From a bacterium (lineage in GTDB: Bacteria; RBG-13-61-14; DATKZS01), in assembly GCA_963674965.2 (NCBI GenBank), contig CAXXFL010000002.1, positions 224,001 to 288,000 on the forward strand: 64,000 bases of DNA. The letters run 5' to 3'. This document shows positions 51,081 to 60,879 of this stretch, piece after piece. The position numbers were made by a program, and so were the translations under genes. Within the stretch, counting starts at the first letter, position 1. Each line of letters begins with the position of its first letter. The notes beneath the pieces are model-generated. The model was not told the origin of the DNA. It saw nothing but the letters and a program-made list of their open reading frames with translations, and did not search any database.

Positions 51081-52673
51081 ATGTCCAATATTCCGGAAAA
51101 AATAGGTCGTTACGAGATAATCGAGGAAATCGGGCGCGGCGGGATGGGGGCCGTGTACAAGGCGCTGGACCCCAATATCGGCAGGATGGTGGCCCTCAAG
51201 GTCATCAAGCTGGCCTTCAACGCCGAGGGCGACCTGGCTCGGGAGATGCACGAGAGGTTCAAGCGCGAGGCCAAGGCCGCCGGTGTCCTCAGCCATCCAA
51301 ACGTGGTGACCGTGTACGACGCCGGGGAAAAGGACGGCACTCCCTACATCGCCATGGAGTACGTCGAGGGGGACACCCTCGAGGACCTGATCGATCCCGA
51401 GGTCCCCCTGCCCATCGAAAAGGTCAACTCGATAATTAAGCAGGTGGCCACGGGCCTCGCCTACGCCCACGAAAAGGGCGTGGTCCACCGCGACGTGAAG
51501 CCCGCCAACGTGATAGTCACCAAAGACGGCTTTGCCAAGATCACCGACTTCGGCATCGCCAGGCTCTCGGACTCCGAGCTGACCCAGCGAGGCACGGTCA
51601 TGGGCTCTCCGAGCTATATGAGCCCCGAGCAGGTGACGGGACGGCCGGTGGACGGAAGAAGCGACGTGTTCAGCCTCGGCGTGATACTTTACCAGCTCCT
51701 CACTGGAGAGAAGCCCTTTCCCGGCGAAAACCCCACGGTGGTTTCCTACAGGATAGTCAGGGAAGAGCCGCCCGAGCCGACCATGGTCAACCCCGTCATC
51801 CCCAAGGGATACGACGCCATAATCAGGAAGGCCCTGGCCAAAAGCCCGGACGACCGGTACGCCGCCGCCTCCGAGATGGCCATGGACATCGAGCGGCTCG
51901 AGACGGGCAAGGCCGTGGCCGGGCCCAAAACCACGGGCGCCACCTTATATACCCGGGTATCCAAACGGCTGGAAAAGCCAGGCTTCAAGCCCCTGGTGGT
52001 GGGCTTTGTAACGGCGCTTTCGCTTATCATACTGGTGATCGTGTCGCTTCGGGTGAGCAACCCCTATATCGAGATACAGGAGCTCATTGACGGCGGCCAG
52101 CACGAACGGGCGGTGATCGCGCTCCACCGCATCCTCACCAACAAGCCCAAGGACCACCGGGCGGCTTTCCTGCTCGGCGGGGAATACGCCGAGCTGAAGG
52201 ATTACGAGTCCTGCGTCAAGGCCTACGCCCACGCCCTCCTTTTAAAGCCCGACTACCGGGACGACGCGGCGTTGCAGGACGACCTGGTCACGGCCCTCAA
52301 GCTGGATGAGGCCGACACGGCCGTCCACCTGGTGGTCTCCAGGATCGGTCCGTCCATAACGGAAAAACTAAGGAACGCCATCTCGGACCAGGAATACGAC
52401 CACACCCAGAACTGGAACGCGGCCAAGGCCCTTCGCGAACTGGGCGAGAAGGTGGACGAGTTCGAGATTCTAAAGCAGGACCTCCAGATGAACCCCGACT
52501 GCGAGGTGAGAAGAACCGCCGTCGAAAGGCTGGGAGAGCTGGGTGACAAAAGGGCCTTGCCCGTGCTCGAGATAGCCAAGCGCGACAAGTGGAACACGCG
52601 CTCCTGCATGGGAAACTCCATCAAGGAGGCCGAGGAGAAAATAAATGGCGAAAACCCCGAACCTCTGGAATAA
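51081..52673 (+). CDS. Membrane Ser/Thr protein kinase with TPR/HEAT C-terminus
   Basis: IGRGGMG, VALK, HRDVKPAN, DFG and YMSPEQ; TM helix; HEAT-like repeats. Confidence 0.93.
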   Translation: MSNIPEKIGRYEIIEEIGRGGMGAVYKALDPNIGRMVALKVIKLAFNAEGDLAREMHERFKREAKAAGVLSHPNVVTVYDAGEKDGTPYIAMEYVEGDTLEDLIDPEVPLPIEKVNSIIKQVATGLAYAHEKGVVHRDVKPANVIVTKDGFAKITDFGIARLSDSELTQRGTVMGSPSYMSPEQVTGRPVDGRSDVFSLGVILYQLLTGEKPFPGENPTVVSYRIVREEPPEPTMVNPVIPKGYDAIIRKALAKSPDDRYAAASEMAMDIERLETGKAVAGPKTTGATLYTRVSKRLEKPGFKPLVVGFVTALSLIILVIVSLRVSNPYIEIQELIDGGQHERAVIALHRILTNKPKDHRAAFLLGGEYAELKDYESCVKAYAHALLLKPDYRDDAALQDDLVTALKLDEADTAVHLVVSRIGPSITEKLRNAISDQEYDHTQNWNAAKALRELGEKVDEFEILKQDLQMNPDCEVRRTAVERLGELGDKRALPVLEIAKRDKWNTRSCMGNSIKEAEEKINGENPEPLE

Positions 52674-53652
52674 CGCGCGGATTTACGCGGCCGTCCTCGC
52701 CCTTTTCGCGGCGGCGCTGGTTTGTTCCGCGTTGGCCTCCGCCGAGACTTATGAGGCGACTGGATCGGTCAACGTCCGGCAGGGACCGGGCGGGAATCAT
52801 CCCGTTTTAACGTCCTTAAAGCAGGGCGAGAGGGTCGAGAAGCTGGGCGCGGAGGGAAGATATATCAAGGTCCGCACGGAATCGGGAATGGAGGGCTACG
52901 TTTGGGAGTCCCTTCTCGCCGGCGTGGACCAGGAGGGAATCGAGGCCCCTCGCTTCGACGCCCTCAGCGAAAGCCTGGCCCAAGGGGCCCTCACCCGCAT
53001 CAAGCCGGGCCCCGACCGCTATTTCTTCGAGTCGACCCTCGAGTTCCTCAGGATCGAGAACCACGGCGTCTTCGTCATGATCCTTCCCCTTATCGTGGCC
53101 GTTGTTCTCGCCGTCCTGGGCGCGTGGCTATTGAAGCTGGCCTATAAGAAGGTCGAGATCATCATTCCCGTGGGCATAGGCCGCAGCAGAAGGATGACGG
53201 CCAAGCTCATCATTATCGTGGCGGGGGCATATCTTATCATTGGGGCGGTTTCTTATTTCCTGGACCTCTCGATGCACTACGCGAGCCTGGAGGAAAACAC
53301 GGTCCTGGTTATTGCCCTCTCCGTTCCCCGCCTTATCCTGGCCGCCCCCATCGCCGTGGTGGACGCCCTGTCCGCTAACTGGGTCGCTGGTCTCGCCTTT
53401 ATCCTTCTTCTCGTGCTCATCGCCAGGCCCGGGCTGGGAGCCGGAGACGAGCCCGCCGAGTTCGACGACGACCTGGCCACCGCGGTCAAGTCGGCCATCG
53501 AGTTCGCGGACGGAGGAGTATCGGACATGCCCGAGCCGGACGAGTCCGACACGGTGATCAAGCCCCGGGTCTCGAGCCTGGAGCCGCGTGAAGATGAAGA
53601 TCGAGACTCGGAAACCCGTATCGTGGCCGACGAAGAGGAAGGTCCCGACTAG
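52645..53652 (+). CDS. SH3b-domain membrane protein
   Basis: VNVRQGPG...EGYVW SH3 domain, TM helices, acidic tail. Confidence 0.8.
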   Translation: MAKTPNLWNNARIYAAVLALFAAALVCSALASAETYEATGSVNVRQGPGGNHPVLTSLKQGERVEKLGAEGRYIKVRTESGMEGYVWESLLAGVDQEGIEAPRFDALSESLAQGALTRIKPGPDRYFFESTLEFLRIENHGVFVMILPLIVAVVLAVLGAWLLKLAYKKVEIIIPVGIGRSRRMTAKLIIIVAGAYLIIGAVSYFLDLSMHYASLEENTVLVIALSVPRLILAAPIAVVDALSANWVAGLAFILLLVLIARPGLGAGDEPAEFDDDLATAVKSAIEFADGGVSDMPEPDESDTVIKPRVSSLEPREDEDRDSETRIVADEEEGPD

Positions 53653-54773
53653 AAACTCACCCTTGACAGGATTATCTCCGTGTTGCCCTCCCTGGCCACG
53701 TCCGACCAGCCGATAACGTAACCCGTCCCGTCGGCGGACATGGATATCTCGTTGTCGATAATGGCGCTCGGACGAGGCTGGGACACGCGAGTCACGGGAG
53801 CGTTGGCCTTGGCCGTCCCGTCCATGGACCGGAAATAAAGGGTCCGACCCGCCGCGTTCACCTCGATCCAGGCCGCCCCAAAGCCGTTCGGACCGGCGGC
53901 CGCGGCGACGCTGGGACGGTCGGCCCCCGGGGTGGTCAGGGGGGCCGGGTCCCTGAGCACCTCTCCCCTCGTTCCCACGGAGGCCGCCATTACCTGTTGT
54001 CCGTTTTCGATCTTCTGAGGCCAGACTGCGGCGTAGGACTTGCCGTTAAAGGCCGCCGCCGGCACTCCCGCGCTCACGCCCTCCAGGCTGAGGCGGGAAG
54101 GAGAGCCTTTGGGATTGCCCAAAGCGTCGATGGCCAGGAACCAGACCGAGTCGTCCGAGGCGTTAAGATAAAAGACTCCGAAGTCCGAGCCGGCCTTGAT
54201 AAGGGACCCCACCACCTTCGTGCCCGCGCCCATGGTCAACCGCGCGGGAGGACCCTGCGAGTTGCCCTCCGCGTCAAGATAACGGAAGGTAAGGTTCCCT
54301 TGCGACTCCCCGCCGAACTCGGTGGTGATCACGCCAAAGCCGTTTCCCGTGCTCATGATGGCCGTGTCTTTGCCCAGGGACCCCTTCTTGATAATCGTCG
54401 AGGTCTTGCCGGCGGGGGCCCCGGCCGCGCTTATTTTCATAAAGAAAAGGTCGAAGCCGTAATTGGTTTCGTGAATCCAGCTAAGCCCGAATTCGCTCCC
54501 GGTCCAGCACAAGTTGGGATGAACGTCCCAGGTGCCCGAGTGAGTCAATCGGGTCTCGGGTCCCAAACCCTTGGTCCCGACCTCGGCCGAGCGGAAGTAT
54601 ATCTCCTGGTTGCCCTCCCTGCCGTCCATCCAGGCGACCCCGAACTCGGTGCCGGTCCAGGCCAGGCAGGGAAACTCGCTCTCCCGGTCGGCGGAAGTCA
54701 CCTGAAGATGATGAAGGTCCGGCGTCCCGCCGATAATAAACAAGGCGATAATAATGATGGCGGTCTTTTTCAT
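53649..54773 (-). CDS. Secreted beta-propeller-like repeat protein
   Basis: Signal peptide; repeated P.L.WTG.EFG..W.D/E...IYF motif. Confidence 0.7.
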   Translation of the reverse strand: MKKTAIIIIALFIIGGTPDLHHLQVTSADRESEFPCLAWTGTEFGVAWMDGREGNQEIYFRSAEVGTKGLGPETRLTHSGTWDVHPNLCWTGSEFGLSWIHETNYGFDLFFMKISAAGAPAGKTSTIIKKGSLGKDTAIMSTGNGFGVITTEFGGESQGNLTFRYLDAEGNSQGPPARLTMGAGTKVVGSLIKAGSDFGVFYLNASDDSVWFLAIDALGNPKGSPSRLSLEGVSAGVPAAAFNGKSYAAVWPQKIENGQQVMAASVGTRGEVLRDPAPLTTPGADRPSVAAAAGPNGFGAAWIEVNAAGRTLYFRSMDGTAKANAPVTRVSQPRPSAIIDNEISMSADGTGYVIGWSDVAREGNTEIILSRVSF

Positions 54774-55022
54774 GGTCGAGTCTCCGTCAAAGGCGATATT
54801 GATAAAAGGTCGTTTCCCTCGCGTCCCCACGTGTATAATCGCAGTCGAGCGGGCGTCTGTCAAGGAAATAATGGCGGGTCCTTACAGAGGCTCAATAATT
54901 ATTTAATGGGAGATTGATTGAAGAATTGTGGTTCGAAGAGGATGATCACTATCGCGGACGAGTCTCGGTCCAAGCCGCGCCTTGCCCTTTTGACGGACGT
55001 CGGGACAAGGCGCGGGTCATTT

Positions 55023-57809
55023 TCAGTCGCAGGTCACTTTCAGGGTGTAGGTCCCGACCGCTCCGTTCCATCCGTCCACCACCACGAAGTAGGTCCCGGC
55101 GGGCACGGAATTGACCGTAACGTGCAAGTCTCCGGCGGCCATGCATTCGTCGGAGCAGGCCTGGCCTCCGTTATTGTCGAGAAGGAAGACGTCCAGGTCT
55201 CCTCCCGAGACGCTTTCCAGGAAGGCGGTGACGTTCTTGGTGGAGGACGTCTGGAGACGGTATATGACGTCGGGTCCGCTTTCGTCCCAGTCGGTGCAGG
55301 AGTAGAAGTTGAGGTCGTTCCCCATGCCGCTGGTGGAACCATTGTCCTGTCCGCCGCAGGAGATGGAGTAGTCGTAGGCGGCGCAGACCCCGGCGTCCAG
55401 GTTGGAGATATAGTCGTCCCAGTGAGTGTCGATCGCGAAGTCCAATCCATTGTACTTGGAGTTGTATCCGCCGAGCGGGTAATAGATCGAAAGACCCTCC
55501 GCCCCTGATATGTAGCTGTAGTTGTAAATGACGGCCGCGTCGAAGGAGGTCTTCACGTAGTCGGCGGCCTCGCGAACTCCGCTGGGAACGGAGGCGCTGT
55601 AAATATTGTCGGCGAAGTCGTAGACGTCCACGTAATCCGGGTCGTCGAATGAAGCCGCGTTCATGCGGGCCGAGCTGATCTGGCTCGAGTAGGTCGGGTA
55701 GCTGACGATCAGTCTCTCCGCCAACAGGTCGAGGTCGTCGGCCAGCCCGTCGATCATGGACAGGTCGACGACCGACTGGGTCTCGTTATAGGAGTCGTCG
55801 TTATAATAGGTCCTCGAGATGGCCTCGCCCAGGGAGCCGCCGTCCATGTCCGGGTCGGCCGCCAGCTCGGCCAGCCATTCGTCGTACACGTAGCCGCCGA
55901 GTGGCTCGGTTTCCTCGGAGCCGACCATGTAAGCCGAGTAATCGGCCATGTAGTAGGCTATCTCCATCATCTGCATGAGACAGGCGTCGAAGCCAACCAG
56001 CTCGAGGTGGCCCGCGCCGGTGGATGAAAGGGCGTTGGACAGGGCGGACTCGAGGTCGTCGTTGCTGAGGAAGTCGTCGCTGGTGTCGTCGTAGGCGACC
56101 CCCTTTACGGCGTGTTTCGGGCTTCGGGCCTTCCATCCGCTTCCGTGGTCCCACAGGATAAGGGCGTATTTCTCGGCGGGAAAGCTCATGATGCCCCACT
56201 CCAGGAAATTCTCGAGCACGGCCGGGTCTCCCATGTTGATCTCGCCGTTGTTGACCAGGAGGGTCGAGTTGATGTTCGAGGTGTCAAGGTCCTTGGTCAC
56301 GTAATAGGTGCGGGCGTCCTTCCAGTCCCCGTTGCTCGAGTTGTAGCCGTCGATCCGGTCCATCAGCACGATCACGTCCACCTCCGGCTGGGAGCCGATC
56401 TTCTCCAACTCGTTCATGTCGCGGACGCCGTATTCCTCGAGGTTGTTGTCTGCGTCCATGTAAACGAAGACGGTCCATTCCTTGCCGCAGTCCGAGTCGA
56501 AGCAAACGCGGGTGGGAACGTCCGAGTTCTGGGTCGAGCCGTCGCCGAGCTGTCCGGCGTCGTTTCGGCCCCAGCAGAAGCCGAAGCTTTCGGCCGGCCT
56601 TACGCAGGAATGGAAGTCTCCCGAGGTCACCGCCGCGTTCGAGACGAGGAAGGACACGGACCTGGGGGTGCTCGAGTCTCCTCCCGGCGATCCGAGCTGG
56701 CCGTAGGTATTGTCGCCCCAGCACCTGACCACGCCGGTGGCCAGGCGGGCGCAGCTATGGTACTTGCCCGCCGAAATGGAGGTGACCGTGGTCAGTCCCG
56801 TGACGTAGACCGGGGAGGATGAGTCGATTATTCCCCCGTTTCCAAGCTGGCCCTCGCCGTTCGCGCCCCAGCAGTTCGCCGCGCCCGTCTCGAGGACCAC
56901 GCAGGTATGATCGCCCCCGGCGGCGATGGCCCGGGCCGAGCCCAGTCCCGAGACCGGGGAGGGCAGGGCCGAGTCGGCCGTGTTTCCCGCGCCCAGTTGC
57001 CCGCTCGAGTTATCGCCCCAGCAGTAGACCCCGCCGCCGCTGACCAGCGCGCAGGCGTGACGGTCGCCGGCGGCCAGGGCGATGGCCGAGCCGAGCCCGC
57101 TTACGGTTACTGGAGAGGGGGAGTCAGTCGTGCTCCCGTCACCTAGCTGTCCCTTCTCATTGTCGCCCGCGCATTTGACCGAGCCGTCGGAAAAGAGCCC
57201 GCATAAATGGGCCGAGCCAGCGGCCAGCTCGATCGCGCCGCTAAGTCCGGAGACCGTATCTCGTGCCTTCAGGGAAAATGGAGCGCTCGAGGTGACGACC
57301 CCTCCCTGGTCCTCGCCCCAGCACTCGACGGCCCCGCCCGCAAGGCCGGCGCAGCTAAGGTCGCCGCCGGCCGACGCGAAAAGGGCCGAGTTCATGGCCG
57401 TCACGTCCGCGGGCAAGGAACTGGGCGCCGTGCCGCCGTCTCCGAGTTGCCCCTCCCCGTTGTCGCCCCAGCATTTTACCCCGCCGCCGGACATGGGAAC
57501 GCAGGAATGGGCCTCCCCCTCGGCGACCAGGAAACCCTCGTCAACCAGGCCGTAGCCCGCGTCACCCGAGCACTGGTTGTCCACGCCGTCCATCTGCTCG
57601 GGAGCGCCCGGGTAAACGGAGGCGTTATTGTCCTTGCAGTCGGTTCCGCTCGAGCAGTTCTGGCCATAGCCGTCGCCGTCCTGGTCCTGGCATTTCGAGA
57701 CGGGTTGGTTGTCGTCGTTGTCGTCGCCCCCGCCTCCGCAGCCGTAAGGATTAATGCCCAGCGAAATTAAAAGGATAAGCAAAAATATCGCCTTGAAAAG
57801 GTGCTTCAT
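55023..57809 (-). CDS. Lipoprotein: metal-binding motif + RCC1 repeats + clostripain (C11) peptidase + C-terminal beta domain
   Basis: Lipobox-like YGC; CWGDN..GQLG RCC1 repeats; WTVFVYMDADNNLE, WDHGSG and GFDACLM. Confidence 0.88.
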   Translation of the reverse strand: MKHLFKAIFLLILLISLGINPYGCGGGGDDNDDNQPVSKCQDQDGDGYGQNCSSGTDCKDNNASVYPGAPEQMDGVDNQCSGDAGYGLVDEGFLVAEGEAHSCVPMSGGGVKCWGDNGEGQLGDGGTAPSSLPADVTAMNSALFASAGGDLSCAGLAGGAVECWGEDQGGVVTSSAPFSLKARDTVSGLSGAIELAAGSAHLCGLFSDGSVKCAGDNEKGQLGDGSTTDSPSPVTVSGLGSAIALAAGDRHACALVSGGGVYCWGDNSSGQLGAGNTADSALPSPVSGLGSARAIAAGGDHTCVVLETGAANCWGANGEGQLGNGGIIDSSSPVYVTGLTTVTSISAGKYHSCARLATGVVRCWGDNTYGQLGSPGGDSSTPRSVSFLVSNAAVTSGDFHSCVRPAESFGFCWGRNDAGQLGDGSTQNSDVPTRVCFDSDCGKEWTVFVYMDADNNLEEYGVRDMNELEKIGSQPEVDVIVLMDRIDGYNSSNGDWKDARTYYVTKDLDTSNINSTLLVNNGEINMGDPAVLENFLEWGIMSFPAEKYALILWDHGSGWKARSPKHAVKGVAYDDTSDDFLSNDDLESALSNALSSTGAGHLELVGFDACLMQMMEIAYYMADYSAYMVGSEETEPLGGYVYDEWLAELAADPDMDGGSLGEAISRTYYNDDSYNETQSVVDLSMIDGLADDLDLLAERLIVSYPTYSSQISSARMNAASFDDPDYVDVYDFADNIYSASVPSGVREAADYVKTSFDAAVIYNYSYISGAEGLSIYYPLGGYNSKYNGLDFAIDTHWDDYISNLDAGVCAAYDYSISCGGQDNGSTSGMGNDLNFYSCTDWDESGPDVIYRLQTSSTKNVTAFLESVSGGDLDVFLLDNNGGQACSDECMAAGDLHVTVNSVPAGTYFVVVDGWNGAVGTYTLKVTCD

Positions 57810-57965
57810 GATTTTCTCCCCATGTAAAGGTACCGTTTTCTTAGATTAGCCAATCTGGAGGCGGGATTCAACAAAATGAGGTTTAAAAGATTTTTCGCGG
57901 AGAAGTGGGAAAAAAGAGGGAGCCCGAATGGACTCCCTCTCGATCGCTTGGAAGGGGGCGACGCG

Positions 57966-58943
57966 TTATTCGGCCAGCATCTTCTTTAGTTCCTCGGTCA
58001 TGACGGGCACGACCTTGAACAGGTCGTCCACGATCCCGTAGTCGGCTTTCTGGAAGATGGGGGCGTCGGGGTCCTTGTTGACCGCGACGATGACCTTGGA
58101 TGAGCGCATTCCGGCGAGGTGCTGGATGGCGCCGGAGATTCCGAAGGCCACGTACAGGGTCGGGTTGACGACCTTGCCGGTCTGTCCGACCTGCTGTGAC
58201 ACGTCGGCGTAGCCCGAGTCGACCGCCGCGCGGGACGCGCCTACCGCCGCTCCCATTACTCCGGCCAGTTCCTCGAGAATCTTGAAGTTGTCTTTTTCCT
58301 TCATGCCCCGGCCGCCGGAGACGATCCTGTCGGCCTCGGTAAGCTCGATCTTGCCGCCGCCGGACTGGGCCATTTCCTTGACCGCCGCCTTGACGGCGCT
58401 CACGCCCGCGTCGACCTTGACCACCTCGCCGGCCGCTCCGACCTCGCCGGCCGCCGGGTAGGTGTTGGGACGGACGCTGCACATGGCGGGAGAGGCCACG
58501 GCCTCGACCTTGGCGAAGCACTTGCCCGAGTACACCGGCCGCTTGGAAACGACCTTGCCGCCGTCAACCTTGACCTCGACGCAGTCGCTGGCAAGGCCCG
58601 TGCCTATCTTGGCGGCGGCCCGAGGCGCCAGGTCCTTGCCCTGGGCCGAGGACCCGAAAAGTATGAGGGCCGGGTCCGCCGACTTGGCGGCGGCCGCGAC
58701 CGCGGAGGCGAAGCCGTCGGGCGAATAGGCGCCCAGCGCGTCGGCCTCGCAAAGCATGACTTTTTCAGCGCCGAACTTTCCCAGCTCGGCGGCCAATCCC
58801 TCGACGCCCTTGCCGATAAGGCAGGCCGAGAGTCCGCCGCCCAGCTCGCCGGCGAGTTGTTTTCCAATTCCCAGAAGCTCGAGGGTAATCTTCCTGAGTT
58901 TACCGTCCCTCTGTTCCGCGACTACCATTACGCCACTAGCCAT
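57966..58943 (-). CDS. etfA: Electron transfer flavoprotein alpha subunit
   Basis: [22 protein letters not shown] and [12 protein letters not shown]. Confidence 0.96.
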   Translation of the reverse strand: MASGVMVVAEQRDGKLRKITLELLGIGKQLAGELGGGLSACLIGKGVEGLAAELGKFGAEKVMLCEADALGAYSPDGFASAVAAAAKSADPALILFGSSAQGKDLAPRAAAKIGTGLASDCVEVKVDGGKVVSKRPVYSGKCFAKVEAVASPAMCSVRPNTYPAAGEVGAAGEVVKVDAGVSAVKAAVKEMAQSGGGKIELTEADRIVSGGRGMKEKDNFKILEELAGVMGAAVGASRAAVDSGYADVSQQVGQTGKVVNPTLYVAFGISGAIQHLAGMRSSKVIVAVNKDPDAPIFQKADYGIVDDLFKVVPVMTEELKKMLAE

Positions 58944-58999
58944 TTTATATTCTCCTTTTCCCTGGTCCGATTGTCGTTCTCATGAAGCCGTTTTTCGGC

Positions 59000-59818
59000 T
59001 CAGATAACCTTGGCCTCTTCGCGGAGAAGCTTGACCACTTCCTTGACCATGTCGGCGGTCTCCTGCTCCTTGAAGATTTTGCCGGCCGCCCGCTCGGGAA
59101 GGGGCTCGTAACTGGTTATCTTGACCTTGGCCCCGCCGGCGCCGACGTCGTCGCCGGAAAGACCCGTGTCGCCAAGACCCATAACCTTGATCTCTTTCTT
59201 CTTGGCCTTCATGATGCCGGGAAGGCTGGCGTAGCGGGCTTCCTGGATGGGATCGGAACCCTGCACGGTGACGCCCTTGTCGATGGAGATGATCGCGGGA
59301 AGGGAAATCTCGTAGGTTTCCTCGGCCCCCTCGATTTTACGCTTGACCACGGCGCTCTTGCCGTCGTCCGCGATCTGGATGGAACTGCAGGTCGTGCACT
59401 GCGGAAGATCGAGCACCTCGGCCAGCATGGACGGCACCTGGGACATGTCCCAGTCGATCGCCTGCTTGCCGCAAAGGATCACGTCAGCCTCGAGGCTCTT
59501 CACCGCCGCCGCCAGGGCCTTGGCCTCGCCCATGGCGTCCGAGCCCGCGAATGCCTCGTCCTTCAAGTGAACGCCCTTGTCGCAACCCATGGCCAGGGCC
59601 GTTCTCATCGACTCGACCACGCGGTCCTGGCCCATGGTCACCACCCAGGCCTCGCCCCCGAATTTCTCCTTCAGGCGAAGACCGACCTCGACGGCGTACT
59701 CGTCGTAGGGGTTCATGATCCATTTGATGTTCTGCTCGTCGATCCCCTGTCCGTCGCCGGAGATCTTGATCGTCGCTTCCGTGTCAGGTGTTTGTTTCAT
59801 GCATACCGCAATCTTCAC
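59000..59818 (-). CDS. etfB: Electron transfer flavoprotein beta subunit
   Basis: CMKQTPD, NPYDEYAVE, GKQAID and RYASLPGIMKAKKK. Confidence 0.96.
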   Translation of the reverse strand: MKIAVCMKQTPDTEATIKISGDGQGIDEQNIKWIMNPYDEYAVEVGLRLKEKFGGEAWVVTMGQDRVVESMRTALAMGCDKGVHLKDEAFAGSDAMGEAKALAAAVKSLEADVILCGKQAIDWDMSQVPSMLAEVLDLPQCTTCSSIQIADDGKSAVVKRKIEGAEETYEISLPAIISIDKGVTVQGSDPIQEARYASLPGIMKAKKKEIKVMGLGDTGLSGDDVGAGGAKVKITSYEPLPERAAGKIFKEQETADMVKEVVKLLREEAKVI

Positions 59819-59928
59819 TGTTCCTTCCTCCTTTCTGTACTTCCCAATATTTTTTTTAATGTCCGGTTATATTATCCGTTACCCTTGTCTTATATCCTTC
59901 AAGCCGACGCGCGGCCTAATTGCCAACC

Positions 59929-60534
59929 TCAGGAGGACCCGTTACGGGTCGCGACGCCTTCCAGTACCATGCGAGCCAGCTGCTCGGCCGCGGCGTCCAG
60001 ATACTTTTCGTCCTTTTTCGTCAGCACCCAATGCAGGGCTATCTCATCCAGGGCGCCGAAGAGGGCCCGCTTGGTAACGCCCAGGGAAAGGTCCTCGCGG
60101 AACAGTCCCTTCTCCTGTCCCTCCTTGAAAATCCTGGCGATGATGTTCAGGTATTTTATCCAGTGTTTCGGTTCGTACTCCTTCATGAACTTGTAGCTTT
60201 GTCTAAGTTCAACCTGGAGGACCTCCGCCAGCTCGCGATGCTCCTTCATCAGCTTCAGATGGCGCCTGATAAAGAGCTTGACCCGAAGACGGGGGTCGTC
60301 GGTCGCGCCGAGTTCTTTTTCCATGTCCCGGATGATGTCGTCCAGGCTTTCCTCGAAGACGTTTATCAGTATGTCGTCCTTGTTGCGGAAGTAAAGGTAA
60401 ATAGTGCCGCTCGCCACTTCCGCCTCCCTGGCTATCTCGGAAATGCGCGAGTTGTGAAAGCCGTTTTTGGCGAATACCTTTACCGCCGCGCGAAGTATCC
60501 TGAACCGCTTGTCGCCTTGTCTTATCGAGGACAT
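59929..60534 (-). CDS. TetR family regulator (Bacillus FadR/YsiA-like)
   Basis: GTIYLYFRNKDDIL HTH, QVELRQS and FGALDE; upstream of etfBA. Confidence 0.88.
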   Translation of the reverse strand: MSSIRQGDKRFRILRAAVKVFAKNGFHNSRISEIAREAEVASGTIYLYFRNKDDILINVFEESLDDIIRDMEKELGATDDPRLRVKLFIRRHLKLMKEHRELAEVLQVELRQSYKFMKEYEPKHWIKYLNIIARIFKEGQEKGLFREDLSLGVTKRALFGALDEIALHWVLTKKDEKYLDAAAEQLARMVLEGVATRNGSS

Positions 60535-60576
60535 CTTGGACCTTTAAAAACCACCCCCCGAGAGATCGGAACAAAA

Positions 60577-60592
60577 AATGAACACTCATTCA
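60577..60592. promoter_or_regulatory. Candidate TetR/FadR operator
   Basis: AATGA-ACAC-TCATT palindrome adjacent to the -10 region of a TTGACA (60614-60619) promoter on the minus strand. Confidence 0.55.
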
Positions 60593-60879
60593 GTACCACG
60601 AAAAAGGCCCCCTTGTCAAATCCAAAAAAGGCCCGGGCAAGGACTTGTCGGCTCGTTTGACCCCGCGGTATGAAGACGCCCCATTCCATATTAACGCGCG
60701 TTAGAAAAATCGTCCTTTAATTGGCGGCAAGGGAAGTTATACGAGTTGCTGGACCAATATATAACGAACGTTACGACGAGAGGCAAGGCCCGCGACCTCT
60801 ATCCGATTTTTTATCGCGGCCATCTTTTCGGCCTCGTTTGAAAAGACGACCTTTCGCGTAGCATACTGGAAGCCGCGCC

